This document shows positions 10,043 through 18,303 of a stretch of DNA of 56,203 bases, in pieces (the first letter of the stretch is position 1; the number at the start of each line of letters is the position of its first letter). Location of the stretch: IMG/VR virus record IMGVR_UViG_3300034106_001169; one strand, given 5' to 3'. The notes beneath the pieces are model-generated. The model did no database searches. It was not told the origin of the DNA and worked only from the letters and a program-made list of their open reading frames with translations. The translations under genes and the position numbers were made by a program. The DNA is from a virus. Its lineage: Duplodnaviria > Heunggongvirae > Uroviricota > Caudoviricetes.

Positions 10043-10247
10043 ATCTCCCTGCATGAAACTTTGGAAAAATTCATGCAAACGTTCCATATGGAACTATCCC
10101 CTGCTTAGGCAACAAAATTTTCTATGGCCCCCCACCCCCTTTGTATGTATGGGAGGGTAGCCTTCTCCATATCACAACCCCCCATACAAATTGGGGGATC
10201 GACACATCCCCCCTAATTAATTAATTAACAAACAAAAACAGAAAAAG

Positions 10248-10631
10248 ATGACAAAAAATTACGTTATCAACAATGGCAGTTTTACTGCAAATGGCAATTT
10301 CAGTGGCTACACAGCATTAGGCGAAAGAGTCCACATTTTTGGAAGACAAATGGAAGCATTGAGTTGGAAGACCAACGCTGACGTTAGCTTTCCATTCTAC
10401 GCAATTGGTCAAATGAAACAGATTAACCAACTGAACGAGAAAGGGGAAACTACAGGCACAGCAGACAGACTTACAGCTTTGAGTGCATTCAAGTCTCGTG
10501 ATGAGATTAAGCAAGCACACGCTGACAGCACATTACTTGACATTGAAATCCAACAGGAAATCAAAGCACAAGCTTCAAGTGCAGGCTTAACAGAATCTGC
10601 AATCAACAACTTGTTGAGCGTAGCATTCTAA
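10248..10631 (+). CDS. First gene of the plus-strand (early) block, hypothetical
   Basis: 127 aa ORF with an A/C-rich leader, followed by a long hairpin. Confidence 0.75.
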   Translation: MTKNYVINNGSFTANGNFSGYTALGERVHIFGRQMEALSWKTNADVSFPFYAIGQMKQINQLNEKGETTGTADRLTALSAFKSRDEIKQAHADSTLLDIEIQQEIKAQASSAGLTESAINNLLSVAF

Positions 10632-10637
10632 ACTAAT

Positions 10638-10673
10638 AGAGAGTAGTGTTCCTTAATTGGGACATTACTCTCT
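10638..10673 (+). terminator. 15-bp stem hairpin, probable terminator or processing site
   Basis: agagagtagtgttcc-ttaatt-gggacattactctct directly after the stop; weak U tail. Confidence 0.6.
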
Positions 10674-10864
10674 TATTATATATAAGGGTGGGTGTGATGA
10701 ACACGTTTGGGTGGGTTTATTGCTGATTAACCTATTGATTCTCAACATTTTATCTATGAGAATGAGAATAGGTGTGTACTCTATTCCCACATATTGGCAC
10801 ATTTTGACACATCATTAATAACAGCTATACAATACAATATATATAGCATTAAATAGATAATTGT

Positions 10865-11047
10865 ATGACAATGACAGTAAGAGATATATCTAATGGTTTA
10901 AATATTATTACATTAGATCTTAAACATATTCCTAGTAGGGAAGATGATATAATTATAGATAAGATATGGTATAAGGTTGATGGAATCATTTGGAACTTTG
11001 ATAATAATGATTATACACTCTACGTTGTACCTAGTAAAACTACATAA
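10865..11047 (+). CDS. Small hypothetical protein
   Basis: 60 aa ORF, PSREDDIIIDKIWYKVDGIIWNFD. Confidence 0.55.
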   Translation: MTMTVRDISNGLNIITLDLKHIPSREDDIIIDKIWYKVDGIIWNFDNNDYTLYVVPSKTT

Positions 11048-11303
11048 TGTACCATTTCTATTTCCCAAGGATAGACAGATGTAATACAATTTATGTAATG
11101 CAGTATGTTAAACTCGATATGATACTCACTAATCATAAAGGTTTATAACAATTAACAGAGACATTGCAATAGAGAAAGGTTGTTCCTTTCAGCATTACAT
11201 CTGAGTACAGAGGGATATATATCTTTGTCATTAGCCTTTAGCGTACCAAAGGTGATATATATTATATAACACATTATTAATCAATCATTTAACACATTAA
11301 CAC
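11048..11303 (+). ncRNA. Candidate structured non-coding RNA or leader
   Basis: About 250 nt with no convincing ORF; long-range complementarity 11076-11085 or 11093-11101 with 11192-11203, hairpin 11174-11190. No known RNA family recognised. Confidence 0.25.
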
Positions 11304-11522
11304 ATGAAACTAATCAAACACGTCATTAACATTATGTTCCTATGGAGCATACCTCACATTCTTTTAGCATTTGTTTTGCTAATTACAGGTCTTATATATA
11401 ACTATCATGAAGCTGTTACATCAGAGATATGGATAGTTGTTATGTTCTTCTATTGCGTCATTACAGCTGTATTATATGCTGTAAGCTCTGGGGAAGAAGA
11501 CGAGATGAAAATAATCAAATAA
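11304..11522 (+). CDS. Small two-helix membrane protein
   Basis: Two hydrophobic segments. Confidence 0.7.
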   Translation: MKLIKHVINIMFLWSIPHILLAFVLLITGLIYNYHEAVTSEIWIVVMFFYCVITAVLYAVSSGEEDEMKIIK

Positions 11523-11606
11523 ACAACACATTATCAATTAGTTATTACACAACACAACTACAGCTATAAAAAACATTGGCTAGTTGGTAATATGTGTGTT
11601 AGATTT

Positions 11607-11639
11607 AGGACTCTGCTTCCCCTAGCAGGGTCCTTTTTT
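11607..11639 (+). terminator. Intrinsic terminator
   Basis: aggactctgct-tcccct-agcagggtcct followed by TTTTT. Confidence 0.85.
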
Positions 11640-11662
11640 ACTAATCATCAAAAACAAACGAT

Positions 11663-12259
11663 ATGCTTATATTAGCAAAACTTGTATTTAAATCATATAT
11701 GCCCAAGCAATTGGAGATAGGTATGTGGTTTAAGAAAGATCACAGTGATGTGGTCTATGGTAAGATATATAACTATTTTACTATATATGAACTAAAAGAG
11801 TTGCCACGTAATATGGAGGAATACATATCCATTAATGGTGCACCTGTTGAGCCTTATATTATACAGCCAATGACTAATCCAGATGATCCAGAAGAAATAC
11901 TGGTGATATCTGATTTTGTAGGTTGGTGGGAGTCTGATGAAGGTTGGGAGGATGATGATGGCAATTGGATAGAGAATATACAGCTAGAAGACCTATCGCC
12001 TAAAATTATCAATGAATGGATATATGGTGAGAATGGAGACAATGATGGTCTCATAGCTCTTGAAGTCAATGATGACAGAGAAGCCATTACATATCTTGAT
12101 GATGAAGGCAATGATACAGGCAAGGTTATTATCAAACAATCTGATTATGTAAATGAAGATGATGACTATGATACAATAGAAGAAGAGTATCTTGAGGATG
12201 AAGAAGATTGGGATGATATGGACGATGAACCTGAATTTGAATTAGGTGGATCTGAATAA
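11663..12259 (+). CDS. Highly acidic hypothetical protein
   Basis: 198 aa, very Asp/Glu-rich especially at the C-terminus. Confidence 0.75.
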   Translation: MLILAKLVFKSYMPKQLEIGMWFKKDHSDVVYGKIYNYFTIYELKELPRNMEEYISINGAPVEPYIIQPMTNPDDPEEILVISDFVGWWESDEGWEDDDGNWIENIQLEDLSPKIINEWIYGENGDNDGLIALEVNDDREAITYLDDEGNDTGKVIIKQSDYVNEDDDYDTIEEEYLEDEEDWDDMDDEPEFELGGSE

Positions 12260-12282
12260 AATAACAATTTAAAAACAAAACT

Positions 12283-12504
12283 ATGGCTATTTCAACATGC
12301 TGTGGAGCACACACCACAATGCCAGAATATGACATTTGTCCTGATTGCAGAGAACATTGTGATTGGGAAGACGATGACGATGAAACAATTGCTCATCAAG
12401 AAACATTGGCTCAGGATGAAATAAGATATGAGTCTAGTAAAACATTATCTCATTTACAATATAATCTAAATAGAGATAAAATGGCTGAAAATGAAAAACA
12501 TTAA
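12283..12504 (+). CDS. Small Cys-rich zinc-finger-like protein
   Basis: STCCGA...ICPDCREHC. Confidence 0.7.
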   Translation: MAISTCCGAHTTMPEYDICPDCREHCDWEDDDDETIAHQETLAQDEIRYESSKTLSHLQYNLNRDKMAENEKH

Positions 12505-12526
12505 TAACTCATTAAAAACCAAACAG

Positions 12527-12682
12527 ATGAAGAAGCTATATGAAATTTTATTTGAAGGCAAAAAGCCTGAAGAACAGCCATTAAAGCTTGAGATAAAGCT
12601 TAAATCTACTGCTACACCAAAGGAGCAGCTAGAAATAAATGAATGGTATAGACATATTAATAACTCATTACAAAGAAATTAG
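12527..12682 (+). CDS. Small hypothetical protein (start likely MKKLYE at 12527)
   Basis: A/C-rich leader aaaccaaacag before 12527. Confidence 0.55.
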   Translation: MKKLYEILFEGKKPEEQPLKLEIKLKSTATPKEQLEINEWYRHINNSLQRN

Positions 12683-12712
12683 GTTAGATGTGTGTGTGGT
12701 TAGTAAGTAAAC

Positions 12713-12741
12713 AAAGCCCTGCAGAAATGTGGGGCTTTTTT
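12713..12741 (+). terminator. Intrinsic terminator
   Basis: aaagccctgc-agaaat-gtggggcttt plus T tract. Confidence 0.85.
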
Positions 12742-12807
12742 ATGAACTCATAAGAATCAATACCACAAAGCATTACAGAAGAAAGTCCTAACATAATAGA
12801 AGAGAAT

Positions 12808-13137
12808 ATGATACTGAAAGGAAATACAAGAAAGAAAAGGATTAAGAATCCTCCACGTTTGGTCAAAGAAATTGATCTGAGCGTTGACACTGGTCACATG
12901 AGTCATCATAGTGTACCATTACCCTTAAAGAAGGATAAGAAACTCACTCAAGCATGGGATTATCTACCTAAAGATGATATACCAAAGCAAATATTAAGAC
13001 AAAAAGGTCTTATAAAGACTAATAAGAAGAAGTTAAAACATATTAAATCACATCAAAAACAAGAACATGAAAAGCAAAGGTCAAACCAACTATTCCAGCA
13101 AGGAATTAAAATCAATCAAACAAATGGTAGCTACTAA
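12808..13137 (+). CDS. Basic hypothetical protein
   Basis: Lys-rich ORF filling the gap; overlaps the next ORF by 70 nt. Confidence 0.4.
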   Translation: MILKGNTRKKRIKNPPRLVKEIDLSVDTGHMSHHSVPLPLKKDKKLTQAWDYLPKDDIPKQILRQKGLIKTNKKKLKHIKSHQKQEHEKQRSNQLFQQGIKINQTNGSY

Positions 13138-13375
13138 CAAGAATAGCTTTAAACCATTGTCTAAGCGTAAGTTAGCTACTCTTGTGGCTAATACAATCAA
13201 TAGATCTGTAACAGGAGTCTATTATAAGTTATTGAGTATGCCTCAGAAGCGTACATATACTAAAAGAACAAAGGAAGTGACCACCACTCCTATTGTGAGC
13301 ATGAAAAAATCTATTAGCTTTGGTAAACCAAGCAAAATAGAGATATCTGATACAGGAATGACATTTTATTTCTAA
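13067..13375 (+). CDS. Small HTH-like DNA-binding protein
   Basis: YSSKELKSIK...LATLVANTINRSVTGVYYKL resembles an HTH/Myb-like unit. Confidence 0.5.
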   Translation: MKSKGQTNYSSKELKSIKQMVATNKNSFKPLSKRKLATLVANTINRSVTGVYYKLLSMPQKRTYTKRTKEVTTTPIVSMKKSISFGKPSKIEISDTGMTFYF

Positions 13376-13391
13376 TCAATAAACACACACC

Positions 13392-13667
13392 ATGTCTTAC
13401 AGCCTAGTCTACAGTGCTAAACCACATAGCACACATACAATCAACGTGTATGAATCATCTAAACAAGATTCTCCTTATATAAAGGGATTAAGAGCTTGTT
13501 CTAAACTAATAGATGCTATATTTACTGACAAATCAAAAGGTAGATATAAACCATCTAGACGTGTAGATTGCATACACAAAAAAGGACGTCACTTTATGTA
13601 CATCAATTCTGATGAATATGAAATAACTAGAGAGTTGTTCATCAGGGTAAAAAACATTGGAAAATGA
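13392..13667 (+). CDS. Hypothetical protein
   Basis: aaacacacacc leader before the ATG. Confidence 0.65.
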   Translation: MSYSLVYSAKPHSTHTINVYESSKQDSPYIKGLRACSKLIDAIFTDKSKGRYKPSRRVDCIHKKGRHFMYINSDEYEITRELFIRVKNIGK

Positions 13668-13789
13668 TAGTATATTTTATTATCTTTGTTATTGTCATCT
13701 GGATATGGGTAGCATATGAATTCTTCAGTGCACCATATTCAGATAATGATAATAATAAAAACAAAAAAGATAAACATGGCAATAAGTAA
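13664..13789 (+). CDS. 41-aa single-pass membrane peptide (not in ORF track)
   Basis: MIVYFIIFVIVIWIWVAYEFFSAPYSDNDNNKNKKDKHGNK; ATGA overlap with the upstream stop. Confidence 0.6.
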   Translation: MIVYFIIFVIVIWIWVAYEFFSAPYSDNDNNKNKKDKHGNK

Positions 13790-14024
13790 AAAGGTTGAGA
13801 ATAAGGTAAAAGGTTATTTCTTTATGAGTATTAACAATGATGTAATCAATGTTGATATGGCTGGTGATGATACAGCATTAGCTGCAGCATTTGGTATGTT
13901 ATTAACAAGCAAAGCTAAAAGTAATGCAGATATTAAAAGAATATTAGCAGCATCTCTTGAGTTTGCTATTCAGCAGTTAGAATCTAAAAAGAAGCCTATT
14001 GCTAAAGCTGTTAAAAAGAAATAA
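13776..14024 (+). CDS. Hypothetical protein (start likely MAISKK at 13776)
   Basis: In-frame ATG with a taaac leader. Confidence 0.6.
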   Translation: MAISKKVENKVKGYFFMSINNDVINVDMAGDDTALAAAFGMLLTSKAKSNADIKRILAASLEFAIQQLESKKKPIAKAVKKK

Positions 14025-14025
14025 T

Positions 14026-14148
14026 ATGAATGAATATTTTAGTTATTATGAGAGCTTACATAAGCTTCCTAAGTCTAAGCAGAGATATTACATCTGGGAC
14101 ATGATTAAATGGTGTATTAAAGAATACATTAAAACATATAAGAAATGA
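14026..14148 (+). CDS. 40-aa micro-protein, paralog of 16931-17104 (not in ORF track)
   Basis: MNEYFSYYESLHKLPKSKQRYYIWDMIKWCIKEYIKTYKK; its stop overlaps the polymerase ATG (ATGA). Confidence 0.7.
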   Translation: MNEYFSYYESLHKLPKSKQRYYIWDMIKWCIKEYIKTYKK

Positions 14149-16097
14149 ATGTACTTATCTATGATATAGAAACACTTAAAGAACTGTTTCTTATTGTTAT
14201 ATACAATCCAGAGAGTGATGTAACATATGAGTTTCAGGTGAGTAGGTGGACTAATCAATTAGATGGGTTCATGAGGTTTACTGAGCAACATGATGAGCAT
14301 TATTGGGTGGGCTACAACAACTTACGCTTTGACAGTCAGGTTGTTGAGCATATACTTAGAAACTATGAGAATTGGCATGAGCTGAGTGGTCTTGAGATCT
14401 GTGCATTAATATCACAGAAAGCTACAGATACTATTCATGATGCTAATTATGATGTATTCCCTGAATATAGAGAAGAATGGTTAAGTCTCAAGCAAATAGA
14501 TCTATTCAAGGTGAACCACTATGATAACAAAAATAGAATGGTCTCACTAAAAAGATTAGAGTTTGAGATGGACCTGGAGAACATTGAAGAGATGCCCATC
14601 CATCATACTAAAGAGAATATGACTCAGGATGACATAGCTATAACAATAGACTATTGTCGTAATGATGTTATGGCTACGTATGAATTTTATAAGGTGACAA
14701 CAGGTGACACTGAGCATCCACTATACAAGGGTAATAATCAGATAGAACTAAGAGAAGACATATACGAAGAGTTTGGTATACCATGCTTAAACTATTCAGA
14801 TAGCAAGATTGGTGATGAGATGATTAAGAAGTATTATTGTGAGGCCAAAGGCATACAATATTCTGATCTACCAAAGAAAGGATTATTTAGAACTGAAGTG
14901 AAGGTGAAACATTGTATTGCTGATTATGTAGCATTCCAGACACCAGAGCTGCAACAGTTCTTAAAGAAGATTAGCAAAGAGCGTTTTACAATCAAGGATG
15001 AATTTAAAGAAGCATTAGAGTTTCATGGAAACATATATACATTCGCAAAAGGTGGCCTACACACAGAGAACAAGGCTAAAGTATTTGAAGCTGATGAAGA
15101 GCATATTATTGTTGATTGGGATGTCTCCAGCTATTATCCTGCTATTATTATTAACAATAAGCGTTATCCTCAGCATCTTGGTTCTGACTTTCTTAGGGGC
15201 TATGAGCAAATGTTTAATAAAAGATTGGAGCTCAAACCCTTGGCTAAGCGAGATAAGAAGATTAAAGGGATTGTGGGAGCTCTTAAGCTTGCTGTCAATT
15301 CTGTGTATGGCAAAAGCTCTGATATGCAAAGCTGGATTTATGACAGACAACTAACTATGTTTACCACTATTACAGGTGAGCTAAGCTTGTTGATGTTGAT
15401 CGAAGCATATGAGTTAGCTGATATACATGTTATATCTGCAAATACAGATGGTGTAACTATTATGGTTAAGAAATCATTAATAGATAAGATGCATGAGGTT
15501 AATCAATGGTGGATGGAATTGACTAAATATGAATTAGAACGTACTGACTATCAAAAGATTATATTCTCTACAGTAAATGACTACATAGCAATTAAAACAG
15601 ATGGAGAAATTAAAAAGAAAGGTGACTTTCTTACTGACTTTGAACTTCACAAAAATAAGTCAGCTAGGATTGTACCTATTGCACTTGAGCATTATTATGT
15701 TCATGGTGTGCCTGTGGCTACCACTATTCACAATCACACAAATATATATGACTTTGCTCTCAGGCAGAAAGCTAGTAAAGACTTTCACTACGAGGGGCAT
15801 AGTAAAGACAAGACAAGAGTCTACAATAAACTTATCAGATATTATGTAAGTAAAACTGGTGAGAAGCTATTAAAAGTTAAGAATGATAACTCAGATAGCA
15901 CAGCTGTAAATGTATCTCAGGTTGAAGCAGGTGAATGGGTGATGACAGTATGTAATCATCTAACACCAGATCATCCTCTAGATAACATCAATCATGCATA
16001 TTATATAGAGCGTGCTGAAAGACTGATAGGTAAGATACAGTTTGAAGGCAAGAAACGCAGAGTTATTATTAATCCTAATCAAATGACTTTATTCTAA
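14145..16097 (+). CDS. polB: Family B DNA polymerase with 3'-5' exonuclease
   Basis: ExoI YDIET, ExoII GYNNLRFD, ExoIII YCRNDV; polymerase motifs DWDVSSYYP, KLAVNSVYGK, SANTDG. Confidence 0.93.
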   Translation: MNVLIYDIETLKELFLIVIYNPESDVTYEFQVSRWTNQLDGFMRFTEQHDEHYWVGYNNLRFDSQVVEHILRNYENWHELSGLEICALISQKATDTIHDANYDVFPEYREEWLSLKQIDLFKVNHYDNKNRMVSLKRLEFEMDLENIEEMPIHHTKENMTQDDIAITIDYCRNDVMATYEFYKVTTGDTEHPLYKGNNQIELREDIYEEFGIPCLNYSDSKIGDEMIKKYYCEAKGIQYSDLPKKGLFRTEVKVKHCIADYVAFQTPELQQFLKKISKERFTIKDEFKEALEFHGNIYTFAKGGLHTENKAKVFEADEEHIIVDWDVSSYYPAIIINNKRYPQHLGSDFLRGYEQMFNKRLELKPLAKRDKKIKGIVGALKLAVNSVYGKSSDMQSWIYDRQLTMFTTITGELSLLMLIEAYELADIHVISANTDGVTIMVKKSLIDKMHEVNQWWMELTKYELERTDYQKIIFSTVNDYIAIKTDGEIKKKGDFLTDFELHKNKSARIVPIALEHYYVHGVPVATTIHNHTNIYDFALRQKASKDFHYEGHSKDKTRVYNKLIRYYVSKTGEKLLKVKNDNSDSTAVNVSQVEAGEWVMTVCNHLTPDHPLDNINHAYYIERAERLIGKIQFEGKKRRVIINPNQMTLF

Positions 16098-16351
16098 TGG
16101 CAAAGATTAATAGAGAAAACATAGGTGATCATTTAGTTGATTATCAATTAGGTATGATTGGTAAGTCTATGCAAGAAGCATACATGACAAGAGAGTGGTA
16201 CAGTAAATGGACCATGACTCAAGAACAACATGATGCATTCAAAGCATATGCTATACCATTAATGAAAAAGGTATTTAAAATAAATAAAACAAGGGCTGAA
16301 GCAAACTTTCAATGGTTTGATTTAGAGTTTGGCCTGCGTATAAAAGATTAA
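16097..16351 (+). CDS. Hypothetical protein
   Basis: TAATG coupling to the polB stop. Confidence 0.7.
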   Translation: MAKINRENIGDHLVDYQLGMIGKSMQEAYMTREWYSKWTMTQEQHDAFKAYAIPLMKKVFKINKTRAEANFQWFDLEFGLRIKD

Positions 16352-16362
16352 AACACACAATT

Positions 16363-16920
16363 ATGGGAGCATGTCAATTTAAAGGAAGATATGGTGGTAA
16401 AACAGCAGAAGAAGCATATAACAGAGCTTGTGAAGAAGCTGAACTTGAGTATGGTAGTCAAGATGGCTACAATGGTACAATTAGTACTACACATGGATTT
16501 AGGGATGAAACAGAAGCATATAATAAAAGTAAGTTTAATGATGTATCTGCTTACATACGTGACAGATTTGATAGTCATGCTATGAACAAACGTGATTGTT
16601 CAGCTATATGCGTTGTAAAACCTGTAGGTAATAAGAACAAGACTAAGTCACAAGTAGAGCACATAGTTACACCAGGTACGAAGAAATGGGTACTTAAATA
16701 TGTTGTTCAACGTGGTGATCATGTTATTGGTTCATGGAATACAAAAGGTGATGCTGTAAAAGATGCACGTAGATATACAGAAAAGCATCAAGTATCTACA
16801 TCAATACTAATAAAGAAGTTCTTAGAGAAAGGTGATAACTTAGTAGCTAAGATAACATACAAGAAAGCCACTAATGAAAGAGATGGTGAGTGGATATTCT
16901 TTGGTTATGCAGCAGAATAA
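16363..16920 (+). CDS. Hypothetical protein
   Basis: 185 aa ORF with an aaacacacaatt leader. Confidence 0.75.
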   Translation: MGACQFKGRYGGKTAEEAYNRACEEAELEYGSQDGYNGTISTTHGFRDETEAYNKSKFNDVSAYIRDRFDSHAMNKRDCSAICVVKPVGNKNKTKSQVEHIVTPGTKKWVLKYVVQRGDHVIGSWNTKGDAVKDARRYTEKHQVSTSILIKKFLEKGDNLVAKITYKKATNERDGEWIFFGYAAE

Positions 16921-16930
16921 ATAACATAAT

Positions 16931-17104
16931 ATGAGTGATGTAGTATTTCAGGTGTTTCAAGTGTTTTACACTAAACCTGCTAGACAAAGAAGAAAGGCTG
17001 TATGGAAGATGCTTAAATGGTGCATAAAAGAATACATAGCCACATTCAAGAAAGAAGAGATTCCTGTAAACGTTATTACAGATCAATTAACTAAAATCAA
17101 ATAA
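16931..17104 (+). CDS. 57-aa micro-protein, paralog of 14026-14148 (not in ORF track)
   Basis: MSDVVFQVFQVFYTKPARQRRKAVWKMLKWCIKEYIATFKKEEIPVNVITDQLTKIK. Confidence 0.7.
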   Translation: MSDVVFQVFQVFYTKPARQRRKAVWKMLKWCIKEYIATFKKEEIPVNVITDQLTKIK

Positions 17105-17105
17105 A

Positions 17106-17336
17106 ATGCCAGACATTTCAATGTGCGAAGGTGGTAGTTGTCTATTAAGACTAAACTGTCACAGATATACAGCTAAGGCTGAAGAGATGGGACAATCATT
17201 TTTCTCAGAACCTCCATATAAACTAAACTTAATGTTAGATGAAAACGTAGGCAGCCTTGGTGTTGCAACAATAAGTTGTGGTTATTTTTGGAATAATCAA
17301 AATTATGAGAATGAAAGACCAAAATCTAAAAATTAA
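17106..17336 (+). CDS. Small Cys-rich phage protein
   Basis: MPDISMCEGGSCLLRLNCHRY...ISCGYFW. Confidence 0.7.
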   Translation: MPDISMCEGGSCLLRLNCHRYTAKAEEMGQSFFSEPPYKLNLMLDENVGSLGVATISCGYFWNNQNYENERPKSKN

Positions 17337-17514
17337 TGAGGACTGGGAGAGGGATTATCTTAAAGATTTAGTATATTTGCATGAAGAAATGGCATTGATG
17401 CAGCAGGAAATGAACAGAGCTTTTCCTAAACAACCTGCTCGTATTGAAATAATGGACACAGATAAAATACTAGAAAAACACAATGAACCTCACACTAACG
17501 TTCTCCCATTTTAA
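17311..17514 (+). CDS. Hypothetical protein
   Basis: Fills the gap between flanking genes; start uncertain (17305 or 17311). Confidence 0.55.
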   Translation: MKDQNLKINEDWERDYLKDLVYLHEEMALMQQEMNRAFPKQPARIEIMDTDKILEKHNEPHTNVLPF

Positions 17515-18112
17515 GGAGCTTACTAAGGCTGGATACACCTTAGACATGTTATGCTTCATAACACTAGTTGAAGAAGGCAATGATGTAGATGAAATGTGTG
17601 CAGATGATAGCAAAATGAAAATGCTCTATCAAACTGTACGCAGAAAAGGTCTATTGTCAGAGTCAAATAAGATTACCATCATAGGTAAGGAAGTTTTGTC
17701 TTTTCTTAATGAGAAAATAGAAGAGCCTACACTAACATATAGGAAGAAGAAAACAGATTCTGACTTTGATAAGTGGTGGATGACGTACCCAGGTACTGAC
17801 ACCTTCACATATAAGAGTCAATCATTTACAGGTACACGTGGTATGCGTGTAAAGAAAGAGGATTGTAAAGTCAAATTTAACAGTATTGTTGGAGAAGGCG
17901 AGTACAAACCTACAGAGCTCATAGCAGCATTAGAATACGAAATACTGCAGAAGAAAGAGAATTCAATTAAGACAAAAGTCAATAGACTTACATTTATGCA
18001 GAACAGTCTCACCTATCTCAACCAGAGGTCATTTGAACCATTCATTGAGTTGATAAGAGATGGTAAGACGATCAAAGAATCTGCTGAACCAATTAAAGGT
18101 ATGGATATATGA
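17483..18112 (+). CDS. Putative replication initiator / helicase-loader-like protein
   Basis: DSDFDKWWMTYP resembles the F-x-x-F/W-W-x-x-Y-P motif of phage replisome organisers; two genes upstream of the DnaB-like helicase. Confidence 0.45.
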   Translation: MNLTLTFSHFKELTKAGYTLDMLCFITLVEEGNDVDEMCADDSKMKMLYQTVRRKGLLSESNKITIIGKEVLSFLNEKIEEPTLTYRKKKTDSDFDKWWMTYPGTDTFTYKSQSFTGTRGMRVKKEDCKVKFNSIVGEGEYKPTELIAALEYEILQKKENSIKTKVNRLTFMQNSLTYLNQRSFEPFIELIRDGKTIKESAEPIKGMDI

Positions 18113-18303
18113 GTTTTGAAGATTGGCCAGATAAAGATTCTTGGAAACTTGGATTACATAATGTGTTAGCATTTGGTAAACACAAAGGAAAAACAGTTGA
18201 GTATGTATTAAATAATGATCCTAATTATATATTATGGGTAAAAGAAAAGAACATACATAAACTTAAACCTGAAGTTAATCAATTATTAAAAGAAACAAGA
18301 TGA
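18109..18303 (+). CDS. Small FGKHKG-motif protein (exonuclease X C-terminal-like / DUF3820-like)
   Basis: LAFGKHKGKTVEYV...DPNYILWV. Confidence 0.7.
   Translation: MSFEDWPDKDSWKLGLHNVLAFGKHKGKTVEYVLNNDPNYILWVKEKNIHKLKPEVNQLLKETR

Noticed and set aside
9835-12800. tRNA genes in intergenic gaps
   Set aside because: No cloverleaf with a TTC-containing T-loop was found by eye; tRNAscan-SE would be needed to exclude it formally.
13656-13688. ATTG-N21-TATCTTTG promoter match
   Set aside because: It lies inside a plausible coupled membrane ORF (13664-13789) whose Ile/Phe codons readily generate this pattern; not listed as a feature.
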